64,000 bases of DNA from positions 279,434,001 to 279,498,000 of the forward strand of contig OZ024741.1 of NCBI GenBank assembly GCA_964016885.1, written 5' to 3'. The notes beneath the pieces were generated by a model that worked only from the letters and a program-made list of their open reading frames with translations, ran no database searches and was not told the DNA's origin. The translations under genes were made by a program, and so were the position numbers. Shown here one piece after another: positions 52,745 to 64,000 of the stretch. Every line of letters starts with the position of its first letter. Position 1 is the first letter of the stretch. Source of the DNA: Eledone cirrhosa. Taxonomy: Eukaryota.

Positions 52745-53085
52745 TCATCATCATCATTTTATTTTACGTTCGCTTTTCCCTGCTTGCAAGGGTGGGACGG
52801 GAACTGATTCTGGCTTGATTTCTACAGCTGGATGCCCTTCCTAACATCAACCTCATTTACAGTGTGGGCTGGGTGCTTTTTTGCCGTGGCGCCTCCACGA
52901 CCACTTTGCAGTGGAATGATATGGACCCCAGTCCCTATCATCTCATTTCTACAGCTGAGTAAACTGGAGCAATGTGAAATAAAGTGTCTTGCTCAAGGAA
53001 ACAACACATTACCCGGTCTCAGAATTGAACTCACAGCCTTTCGATTGCAAGGCCAATGCTCTAACCACTAAGCCATGTGCCTCCT
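52745..53085 (-). mobile_element. tRNA-headed SINE with RTE-type tail
   Basis: Head ggaggcacatggcttagtggttagagc on -; family C motif ttctacagctggatgcccttcc and a (CAT)n end. Confidence 0.7.
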
Positions 53086-53749
53086 TCTTGTATGTATATA
53101 TTTATATTCATGTATGGATATGTATATCTGTATTCTTGTGTGTGTATATATATAATTGTATCTATGTATGCATGTATACAATAAACTACAATTTAGCCCC
53201 CTCTCTCTCTCTCTCGTAAATAGTCACTGACAGTCCTCCACAGGACATCATGTATCAGTTTTAGTCTTTTGTTGAAACAATGCTAATGTCCTTGAAAATA
53301 GACATCATCATTCCTAGTTAAATTTTTTATGCTCACTGTATTATATGTTACAAGTGGTAAATTGGCAGGGTCGTTAAAATGTTTTCCAGTAATTGTTCCA
53401 GCTCTCTGCACTCTGAGTTCAAATCCTAGAAAACATTGTTTCTCAAACTAGCACACAAAAAATTATAAGGCAAGTGAATAGCTGACTAAATTAACCCCAT
53501 CATATATTTTTATCAACTCCATTGGAATAAAAGCAAAATTGATTCCAGCATGCCTTAAAAGTTACAATATAAAAAAGTATAATTAAACACAAGACATATT
53601 TAGTTGTCACAAAGCCACAAATTGGCCCCTGGGCAACAGTGGTGGCATGGAGAGAAGAAACTGATATGTATGGGTGACTGCTGGTCTTCCACAAAACACC
53701 TTGCCTGAGTTTGTGCCTCACAGAATAATTTTCTAGGTTTTACTCTAGT

Positions 53750-54150
53750 TCCTTCTTCTTCGCCCACCTATTCCTGGGAGGGTCGTGGGAGAAGAATCCT
53801 CAAGTACTCCTTCTAGCAGGTCCTGTCAGAAGCAACCATCTCCAATTGATCCAGCTGGATCCCCAAGTGAGACCAGCCAAGCTCAGGATGCTATCCAACC
53901 ATCTTGTTCAGGGTCTACTCCTGGGCCCCCTGCCAGTTGGTTTGCTGATAAAATTTGTCCAGCGATTCTTTCCTGAAGTATTCTAACCAAATTTCCATAG
54001 TATCAGAGCTGTGATCTCTCAATTCAGAGAAGTGGTGGCTCCACCTGGAGTGACTGATCTCCAAGCTACACTCTATTGAGAAACGTTACTCCAAAGACCC
54101 TTTGAAGGAACCCCATTTCAGTTGCTTGTATTCACCATCTTACTCTTTCA
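53750..54150 (-). mobile_element. RTE-like LINE 3' fragment with (GAA)n tail
   Basis: The - strand reads PRSRP..RWLD near the end; cttcttcttc tail on +. Confidence 0.65.
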
Positions 54151-55572
54151 ATTCGGTATTCATGCCAATTACTTTACTCTAGTTCTACTATTATATTTCC
54201 TATTTGTATTTACTGGCTTTCCCAATACATTCTTAATTGTTTAGAAAATAAACAACACAGAGATACTATTTATACAAAAATCAATATTTAAGTTAATGTC
54301 AAGTTAGGGTATTAAAAAAAAATTGCCCACACTGGCATTTTAATTCTACAGCTTATACATTGATCTCGAGCTTTGAATACAACAAATCTGGCCTAATTTT
54401 TACACAACCAAATAATAAGTCTTCAATAATTAAGATAAGTGACTACATAATGTACAAAAAGGAACAGAGAAACTAAGACATAATAATGACTTAGCTATGG
54501 AATTAAAAACAGTGACATTTAACCTGGTTTTGTGATACACAACTGACAATTTTAACATGTTTATCCTTATCTTAAAACATTCCACTGTAATTTTGTATTT
54601 AAGAAATGTTAAATAATGTTCTAAGTATCACCTTATTAATAAAAAAAAGTTATTTTAGTAAATCCTTGATTATTTTCAAAATTAATTGACAGACATAGGC
54701 AATGTATCTGATTAGAAATACAGAGTGGAAGGGTTAAGAAGTGTGTGTGTGTACCTCCCCATCATTCCATTTGTTAACTGAAAGAATAACTAAGTTTTTC
54801 ATTAGTAAACTGATTTTAAGAACAATACTTAAGAAAAATGTGTAAAATGAAATTGTGATGGAAGGTTTTAATATAAATCATTTTAAAATTACCAGTTTTG
54901 TATCATAAATCCAGAGCAATTTGGTATCATGCAAAATGTAGCCTTATGTCAATGTAAGAAATTATTTATTTGGTTTAAGCTGACATTTTATGCTAGTAGG
55001 GGTTCTACAGATGACAGATACTTACATGAATTAGAGAAACAGGTGTTTTCATGGTTGATCGACCATGATACAGAGACGGGTGTTTTCACAGTCGATCGAC
55101 CATGATATAGCTGATAGATAAATATCAAGGTAAATAGAGTAATCTCTGCTTAATCAAAGAAAGACAGATACTACTTTTATGAAGACTGCTCCATGTATTC
55201 AATAAGCCAGTATATCTTTAGAAAACAAATCTAAAGCACAAATAACAACTGATGGTTGATAATTAAGCCTAAAGGTCAAAGATCAATTCATTAAGCTGGA
55301 GTGTAAGAAAACAAAACAGTAAGAATCCATTATTTGTATGGATTGTTGGAGAATATTGATTTCTAATTTATGCACAGACTAACAAATTTAGAGGGAAGGG
55401 AAAATTGATTAAATCAACCCTAGTACTTGACTGGTACTTTATTTTATTGACCTTGGAAGCATGAAATGTAAAGAGCCACAACAAATACTGCAATAGCATT
55501 TTATCTGATGCATCACCAATTCTGCCAATCCACCATCCTTGTTTTTGTTTTTTTTTTAAATATTAAAAACAT

Positions 55573-55793
55573 GAAGGCATATGGCTTAGTGGTTAGGGAA
55601 TTGAATTTTCAATCATGATGTTACGAGATCAATTTCTGGACTGTGTGATCCATTATATCCTTGAACAAGACTATTTCACATTTCTCTTTCTGTCAGGAGT
55701 TGCGACCAGTCGATAGAATCAACAATGAAAAGACCAATGGAAACATTGTTTCCTTGGTCTGATTTGATGAGTTCCACCTCACTTGGTAAGCGA
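55573..55793 (+). mobile_element. SINE family B copy
   Basis: gaaggcatatggcttagtggttagg..ccaatggaaacattgtttccttggtc..ggtaagcga. Confidence 0.75.
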
Positions 55794-56059
55794 AATCAGT
55801 GTAAATAACTTATCAAAGTTACAAGAGTGACCACTTCTTAAAACACATACACTCATACAATTTTACGTCCACTCATTCATGTAGAAAGCCCTGATGTGGT
55901 CATCAAAATTTTCTAAAATTCCCTTAAATCTCATTTCAACCTAATGAGAAGGACATTAAATAATGTACTCCTAGATACTCATAAAAAGATTTCTTTGATT
56001 ATATGGCTGCTCATTCAGAGTTGACCTGAGGTGAAACAACATCTTAATGTTCACTAAAC

Positions 56060-56650
56060 AGTTGCTTGACCATCAAGAAAGATCTGCCAAATCCCCAATA
56101 AATCATGTTGCTGAAACTGAAGAGAAAGATGTGTATGTTACATCTGTGAGAAGTGCCAGATTTATGGGAGACATGGGTGAAGAACATAGAGCAGTAAAGA
56201 AGGATAGAAAGAATGGAAATAAGAGTGGGTGGTGGAGTATTGCTAAGAGAGAGAGGAAGATAGAAATGAATAGCAGAGCATGATTGGAATAGAAACAGTG
56301 ATGAATGTTGTGAAAAGAAACTGAATATGATGGGTTAAGGAAGGATGAAAGTGACTGGGTGAGAGGTGTAGAGCCAGTGATGAATGTTGTGAAGAGAAAT
56401 GGAATGGGATGGTTGGACAATATGTTGAGAAAGGATGAAAGTAATTGGGTGAGAGGAGTGATGGAAATAAATGTGGAAGGAAATAGAGGAAAGATAAGAC
56501 CAAGAAAGGCATAGATAAAAATGATAGAGGAGGAAATGAAAGCCAAGGGTTGTTGAAGGAGAATGCAGATGATAGGTGAAAATGGGGAAACATGTCATGG
56601 ACTCCACAAACATATTCCCTGCCTTACCAAGGAAGATGGCCTTAAACAAG
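56060..56650 (+). mobile_element. Degenerate RTE-like LINE 3' fragment with an internal tandem duplication
   Basis: RRNGMGWLDNMLRKDESNWVRGVMEINVEGNRGK.RPRKA-like remnant; the block gtgatgaatgttgtgaa..aaggatgaaagt..tgggtgagagg occurs twice. Confidence 0.55.
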
Positions 56651-56739
56651 ACAACTATTGCTTGTGACAAATTTACTTAAACGGGAAAGAAAAAGCTAAC
56701 TTCAAAGAACCATGTTTAAAGTGAAGAAACAGCCATTAC

Positions 56740-56792
56740 CTTAATTCAAACTCAGCAAATAATTTGTCAAATATTGTCAATGCTTCTTTAAT
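56740..56792 (-). CDS. ZFYVE28: LST2 exon (most 5' exon found in the window)
   Basis: IKEALTIFDKLFAEFEL(S); tttcag/gtaatg junctions; joins YVSAMVPVK in frame. Confidence 0.92.
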
Positions 56793-57984
56793 CTGAAATA
56801 AAATGACAAAGAGAAAAAAAATATGAAAAATATATAATTACTAAAATAATGTTTTCATTTGCTTTGTATTTAAATCCACCCCCGCCACTTTCCTTTCTTA
56901 ATTTCTGTATGCCCAGTAATCAACAAAAGAAACTTAACAAAAGCCATTATTAACTCTACCTACCAAGTTCAGAAAGAACTAATGTTGGCATAACTGAGAA
57001 GAATCAGCTATTCAACAACAAGCAAAAGAGTTGCCAAAGATATTGTTTTTCAATCTGGCTATAAATTAGCTTGGTCAGGAATATTGTACAGCTTTCTGTG
57101 CATCTTGATACCACTCCAGATTATTTAGCACCAGGGCAGCTTTGATACAAAGTATTTTAGCTGTGACCATTCCATCGTTTATTTCATAGTGTATCTAGGA
57201 CTACAATATCAAATATGTCAGATTTTTTTTTAAAAAGATGGTAGAGTGTGATTTGAAGGAGACTTGGCTGCTAATTCCAAAGGTTCACACAAACTCATAA
57301 GAAGCTCTCTCGTTGGTTCATTCATCCTTCATCTACTGAATGAGGAAGCCTTACAGTAAACCCTTCTGTATTCTTGAAACACTAAATAAAATAAACTATT
57401 ATCTATATTTCTGGAGTTAAAAGAAGGTGGAAAAAAAAAAAATAAGCACATGACCATACACTTTTGTGAAGAGAGAAAGTCGATTAAATCGACCCCAATA
57501 TGTGGTTGGTACTTCATTTTATCAACCCTTGGAAGGATGAAAGGTAAAGTTGGCCTTAGTGGATTTGAACTGAATCTTGTAAGGTGCCTGAAGTAATACA
57601 TCACAGCATTTCTTCTGATGCTCTAACAATTCTGCTAACCGACAAAGGCATCAGATGAAGGAGACAATACAAAGACAAGTTACAACATTACCGTGGAGGT
57701 TTATATAGAAATGAGAAAATGAGTAACAAGTATATGTAGTATACAATTGTATAAGGCTTTCAGTCTTCCTGGTATAGAGAGCTGAATACTTAAGGCTAAT
57801 TGAGGAACCCCACAGATCCATAATCACCCTGACCACCAAAAGTGAGTATAACAAAAACAACAGCAATAATAACCAACAAAATAGAAAGATTTGTGAAAGA
57901 CAGAAGAGTAAGAACAAATGTAGCATTGATCCAAAAGTCTGTCTTAATGGGTACAGCAAGAATCATCAGAAAGGTTCTTGAGCT

Positions 57985-58172
57985 TTAACCCTTTAACATT
58001 TACATTACTCTATATTTACTATTATATTTTCATGGTAAAGTCTTTACCTCACATAATTATCTCACATGATAATGAATGAGATTTTGATATTATCTATTTT
58101 GGTTACAACCGGTTTGAACAGAAAGAGGTGAGAGAATTCTGGCTGGATATGGCCGGTTTAAATGCTAAAGGG
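57985..58172. mobile_element. piggyBac-type MITE copy
   Basis: ttaaccctttaacattta..taaatgctaaaggg; the right TTAA is mutated. Confidence 0.8.
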
Positions 58173-58377
58173 AAACTAGTTGTGACCTGAACTTAAGGTC
58201 AAAAATTCCAACTTCTTTGTGTGAAACAATAAAGCTGATATTTAGCTTCTACTAAGACAGTAATTGTTGTCAAGGGCTGTTTAGCTCCTTGGTACAGGGG
58301 CTCAGTCAGAATTTGAGAATTACAGAGTTCAATTCTTTGTGGCCCCTGCTAGCTAATTTTTCTATTAATATAGGGAT

Positions 58378-58660
58378 ATCATCATCATCGTTTAACGTCC
58401 ATGTTCCACGCTTGCATGGGTTTGGACGGGAGTTTTCCCACTTGAGGCAAGAGTGGTTGTCTTGCTCGCATAGGACTGTCTGGCGGGTTTTCTACAGCTG
58501 GATGCCCTTCCTAACACCAACCACATTTACAGTGTGGACTGGGAGGTTTTTACCGTGTTGCCTACACGGCCACATTACAGCGTGGACTGTGTGTTTTTTT
58601 GTCGTGACACCTACACGATCTCATTTGTTTCGGCCTGGATGTTGTGGCACCAACATAACT
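58378..58660 (-). mobile_element. SINE family C / RTE-type 3' tail abutting the LINE
   Basis: On -: gttggtgttaggaagggcatccagctgtagaaa..cccatgcaagcgtggaacatggacgttaaacgatgatgatg. Confidence 0.7.
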
Positions 58661-58748
58661 TTACATTGAAAGGGGCGGTGTGGATAGGGGGGGGGGGGGT
58701 ATATTTTGTTAGAGATGCCTACTGACTGTAGTAGGTTTTACTTTGTAT

Positions 58749-61590
58749 TTAGGTAAGGCGGGTCTTCTCTATTACTGAGTGCCGCCAAAGATCTCGGTCC
58801 AGTGACATTGTCTTGGAGAGGTGTAAGTGTGTGAGGTCGGAGTTTATCAGGTCGTCCCAGGTTTTTCTGGGTCTGCCTACTCCGTGGCTACCGTCTATCT
58901 TTATTGCCCTGCACTTTTTTATACAGCTGTCGTCTTTCATGCGCATTACGTGACCATACCAACGTAGCCTTCTCTCGAGTAAACAACATCTGATCCCTCT
59001 TATTCCTAATTTTTCCCTTAGTTCGTTTATGCTTTGCCATTCGCGTATATTACTATTACACATCCAGTGGAGCATGCAAGCTTCGTTCCTCTCTAGTCTG
59101 CATATATCCTCTGCACACAATGCCCAGGTCTCACTGCCATGCAACATTGCTGTTCGTATGCAGGCATCATACAGCCTGCCTTTCATTTTTAGAGAGAACC
59201 CTTTAGCGGCTAATAGTGGTATAAGCTCTCTGAACTTTTTCCATCCAGTTCTGACTCTAGCTACTGTACTTTCAGAGCACCCTCACCCACTGCTGATTTT
59301 GTCACCCAGGTAACGGAAGCTGTCCACTATTTCTATAGAACCCTCTGCGCAATTGAAAGAGCTAGTATTTTGTGGGCACTTGCTGCTACTTATTGCACCA
59401 GAGCACCGGCCACATGTAAAATCTATGTTCTTAGTTAGCTTACCTATGATCCCACTACATCTTTTATGCACCCATACTTTGCATTTGGGTCATAAAATGG
59501 AGTTTCTACCTACGCCTTTCCTACACACTGAGCATGGCCATTTCCCGGAAGGGGCCGGCGCCTTATTTTCTTTCCTACAAACTAGAACTTTAGTCTTAGT
59601 CAGGTTAATTTTAAGGCCTTTTGATTCTAGGCCATGCTTCCATGTTTGGAATTTCTTCTCTAGCTCGGCCATTGATTCAGCTATGAGCGTTAGATCATCT
59701 GCGTATAGGAGTTCCCATGGGCAGCCGGTCTTGAACTCCACTGTTATAGCCTGAAGGGCAATAATAAATAGGAGGGGGCTAAGAACAGAGCCCTGATGAA
59801 CAACTTTTACGCTAAACTCTTCACTATATTCGTTGTTAATTCTAACCTTGCTGACTGTTTCTTTATACATGGCTTGTATAGCTCTCACAAGCCATTCATC
59901 AACACCTAGTTTTCTAAGAGCCCACCAGATAATGGAACGGGGGACTCTGTCGAAGGCTTTCTCCAAGTCGACAAAAGCTAAGTATAGCGGTTTACTTTTA
60001 GCTAGGTACTTCTCCTGTAGTTGTCGTACAATGAAAAGAGCGTCTGTGGTACTTTTGCCTGACACAAACCCAAACTGCATTTCATCTAGATCGATTCTCT
60101 CTCTGATTAGTTGCGCTATTACTTTTACCGTGACCTTCATGACCTGGTCGATTAATTTAATCCTCTATAGTTACTCCTATCTAGGGCGTCTCCTTTACCC
60201 TTGTAGCAGTTAATGATGATGCTGCTACGCCAGTCCTTCAGAACAACCCCATTCTGTATGACTTGGTTTATTATCCGGGTGACCATAGTGTGTCCGACCG
60301 TTCCAGAGGCTTTCAGCATCTTAGCAACTATTTCCGAAGGCCCAGCCGCCTTACCCGTCTTCATATTTTTGATTGCCTTACTTATTATACTACCTTCGAC
60401 TAACACAGCTGGTCCCTCTATCGGGTCGATGTGGGGTAGACTGTCTTTCTCCCATTTATTCTCCTCATTTAGTAGCCTTTCGTAGTGACACTTCCAAGCT
60501 ACCTTCTTATCAGCGTCAGTGATGGCAAGTACGCCATAATCACTAAGTACACACTTCTCCCCGACAATATCACGGTTTTCCTTGACACATTGCCTAGCAA
60601 TCCTGAACACCTCACGTTTTTGGTCCTCGCGTTGTAGAACATGCTTGAACTTTCTTTCCTCTGCTTCCCTTCTTGCGAAGTACACTTGTCTCCTAGCTTC
60701 CCTCCTGGCCACTTGATAGTCTTCTCTACTTCCCCCATCCCGCCATACTTTCCAAGCCTGCATTTTGGCCTTAATTGACTCCTCCACCTTACTGTTCCAC
60801 CACCATGTTACTCTCCTCCTACCTACAGGCCTGCTCCAGCCACAGACTTCGTCTGCCGCCATCAGCAGGTTTGCTTTCAGGAATTCCCACTGTTCCTCTA
60901 TATTGTACGACTCTAATTGCTCTTCCTTACTGTCGAAAGCATCAAGTAATATGCTTTTAAATTTATTTCTGGCTGTGGGGTCCTTTAGCTTCCGTATTTT
61001 TCTCCTGAGGATAGTCCTCTTCTGCTGTCGAGTACGTCTCGTCCTGACTATGAGGTCGCTAATTATCAGTCTATGTTGGGAGGTGCATTCTTCATGGGGG
61101 AGGAATTTAGTGTTTACAACAGACACTATGTCACGTCTTCTGGTAAGGATATAATCTACCTGGCTGGTATGTTCCCCTGATCTGTAGGTGATCAAGTGAT
61201 TGTCTCGTTTTTTGAAGTTAGTGTTACAGATAGTTAGGTTATTTGCATCACAGAATTCCAGGATTCTGGAGCCTTCCTCATTTCTAGTACCAAACTCATA
61301 GCCTCCGTGGATTCCGTCATAGCCGTCACAATGTTGACCAACGTGGCCATTTAGGTCGCCAGCAATAATTATATAGTCACTGTCGGTTATTTGGGAGGTA
61401 GTGAGCATCAGTGTCTCATAGAATCTGTCTTTTATAGCGCCAGGCAGTCCGGATTGGGGCGCGTATGCCGATATTACTGTCACAGTAGTTCTATTTAGAA
61501 CAAGTCTTATTTTAATTATTCTGTCATTTACTCTATTTACATCTATTATCTTACCTGATTTTCTAAAGCTATTATCTATAGCAATCAACT
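58749..61590 (-). mobile_element. RTE-clade LINE, 5'-truncated ORF2 pseudogene (APE endonuclease + RT + Cys-rich finger)
   Basis: SAYAPQ, GDLNGHVG and SQVDYIL (APE); QFGF, AFVDLEKAFDRV, QGSVLSPLLF and LLYADDL (RT). One frameshift near 60150 and in-frame stops at 59490 and 59283. Confidence 0.95.
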
Positions 61591-61616
61591 GTGTTCACAG
61601 TTATCTACATTTTCTA

Positions 61617-62265
61617 AGAACAATAATAATAATTGTTTCTACTTTTGGCACAAGGCCAGCAATTACCCAGTGCATTACTGGTGCTTTATTTTACCGATCC
61701 CCATAAGGATGAAAGGCAAAGTTAATCTCGGCAGGCTTTGAACTCAGACCATAAAGGGCCATAACTATGCTGCAAAGCATGGTGTCCGACCCTTATTGAT
61801 ACTGATAATCCACCAGAACAATGATAATAATTGTTTCTACTTTAGGCACAAGGCCAGCAATTCCCCAGTGCATTACTGGTACTTTATTTTATCGACCCCC
61901 GTAAGGATGAAAGGTAAAGTTAACCTCGACGGGATTTTAACTCAGACCGTGAAGGGATGTAACTATGCTGGAAAGCATGGTGTCCAACCCTCTACCGATA
62001 CTGCCAATTCACCAGAACAATAATAATAATGATGGTTTCTTATATAGGCACAAGGCCAGTAATTTGGAGGAGGGGAAAGTCGATTAAATCGACCCCAGTA
62101 CATTACTGGTGCTTTATTTTATAGATCCCGTAAGGATGAAAGGCAAAGCTAAGCTCGGCGGGATTTGAACTCAGACCATAAAGGGCCATAACTATGCTGC
62201 AAAGCATGGCGTCCGACCCTCTATTGATACTACCAATACACCATAATAATAATAATAATAATAAT
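61617..62265 (-). mobile_element. Three head-to-tail SINE-A copies separated by (AAT)n
   Basis: Cores repeat at about 200-bp spacing, each preceded on + by agaacaat(a/g)ataataat. Confidence 0.88.
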
Positions 62266-63703
62266 ACAGGAGAGTACGTGCAGTTCTGAGATCAGAACTA
62301 ACCGCTTGTAACAAAGTGCTAGCCATAAATTCCTTGGCAGTCCCAGTTGTCACTTATAGCTTCGGTGTGTTGAACTGGAATATGAGTGAAATCAAAAGAA
62401 TCGACACCAAAGTCTGTAAGCTACTGACCTGTAATAGAAGCACCACCCAAAAGCAGATGTGGATCGTCTTTACCTTCCTAGAACTCAAAGAGGCCGTGGC
62501 CTGATCCAATTTGAACTTGCTTACAAGACCACCATCATTGGACTGGCCAAATACCTTGAAACAACTAACGACTGTATGCTGAAACTTGTTGAAAAGTGTG
62601 AGAGAAGTAAGAAACTTCATTCTATCTTGAAGGAGAGCAAAAAATATGCTACTGATCTCGTGCTTGATACCCAGGCTGGACAGACTAAAGAAACTGTTGC
62701 AACTGATGCTGCTAGGCACATAAAATCACTGGCAAAAGCAAAACAGCAAGGACAATTAGCATCAAATTGGGAGCAGAAACCTCTGCATGGCAAATATGTG
62801 GCCCATAGCAAACAAGCTAATGTTGACCAAAAGCACACCCATCAGTGGCTACGTAGTTCAGGGCTAACAGCGGAGAGTGAAGGCTTCATCTTAGCTGCCC
62901 AAGATCAAAGCTTCTTGATTCATAATTACCAGGCCAATGTGATGAGAAACGGAATAAACCCAAAGTGCCGATTCTGCAATGCTGAGGTTGAAACAGGCGA
63001 TCACTTAGTCTCTGGATGTAAAGTTTTAGCACCAGTAGAATACAAATATAGACATGACAGAGTTGGCCAATATCTACACTGGGTAATATGTCGGCATTAC
63101 AAAATCAAAGCTGAAGACAAGTGGTACACTCATCACCCTGAGGCTGTAACTGAAGGAAAAGTAACAATTCTCTGGGACTTTCCTGTACATACTGACAGGA
63201 CCATAAAAGCAAATAGACCTGACATCATTGTAAAATATCAACATAAGATCTGTTTAGTGATAGATATGAGCATCCCATGTGATCACAATATCGCGGCAAA
63301 AGGATTTGACAAGCTACGGAAATATAAAGATCTGCTAATTGAAATTGAGAAAATGTGGCACCTCAAGGCCGTTACAATACCAGTGATTGTGGGAGGACTG
63401 GGAATGATCAAGAAAGAAACAGAACAATATTTGCAAATGATTCCTGGTTTACCCTCTCTGCACGAGGTGCAAAATATTGTTTTGACTGGTACTGCACACG
63501 TATTGAGAAGAGCACTATCTCTGTAAGATTGATATCCCTCCTTGTATTTACATATGCACATGTGTATATATGTATACTGTTTTTTTGTTTTTTTTATAAT
63601 CAATGTGCTGTATTAACTGGCTTACCAATGTAAATTTATTTGCCCTAGGTGTCAGAAAGACACTCGGCATATATCGCAAACAATAATGAAAGAAAGTAAA
63701 AAC
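62266..63703 (+). mobile_element. 5'-truncated R4/Dong-like non-LTR retrotransposon with restriction-like endonuclease
   Basis: NKVLAINSLAVPVVTYSFG (RT thumb), CRFC..ETGDHLVSGC (CCHC), RHD, RPDII..D.SIP and K..KY (RLE). Frameshift near 62440, stop at 63526, (AAT)n on both flanks. Confidence 0.9.
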
Positions 63704-63880
63704 AATAATAATAATAATAATAATTGTTTCTACTTTTGGCACAAAGCCAGCAATTACCCAGTACATTATTTTATCGACCCCGTAAGGATGAAAGGCAAAG
63801 TGAACCTCGGCGGGATTTGAACTCAGACCGTAAAGGGACGTATGGCATCCGACTCTCTTCCGATACTGCCAATCCACCGG
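63704..63880 (-). mobile_element. SINE family A copy
   Basis: Same core; its tail is the (AAT)n tract next to the R4 element. Confidence 0.85.
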
Positions 63881-64000
63881 TTAATAATAATAATAATAAA
63901 ATCAAAAATAAAAGACATAACAAATGTTCAAATCACTCACTCGTTCTGTGTAGACATTAATATTCTTTAAACATTGCTCCCGCAATATACTGCGTAAACT

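Noticed and set aside
52465-52844. Cys/Val-rich and His/Thr-rich ORFs
   Set aside because: They are translations of a (TG)n microsatellite.
57329-57379. Additional LST2 exon
   Set aside because: There is no LST2-like translation or suitable donor; upstream exons are probably outside the window.

Overview
AT-rich, repeat-dense animal genomic DNA. The SINE types, RTE LINEs and microsatellite load suggest a cephalopod such as Octopus (inference, not proven). Two convergent spliced genes can be rebuilt from GT-AG junctions with consistent phases. On + are the last three coding exons of a Deltex-family (DTX3/DTX3L-like) RING + DTC E3 ligase. On - are nine coding exons of a Lateral signaling target 2 (LST2/ZFYVE28) FYVE protein whose 5' exons lie beyond the window. 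One 25.6-kb LST2 intron holds a ~22.3-kb array of a 46-bp minisatellite (~485 copies). The array shows higher-order repeats and has a 67-bp ancestral unit preserved at both edges. The rest is a decayed RTE LINE, a 5'-truncated R4/Dong-type RLE element inserted in (AAT)n, CR1/RTE fragments, several tRNA-derived SINE families, a TTAA/piggyBac-type MITE family and two near-perfect ~190-205-bp-arm palindromes in introns. No prokaryotic features or CRISPR arrays were found.
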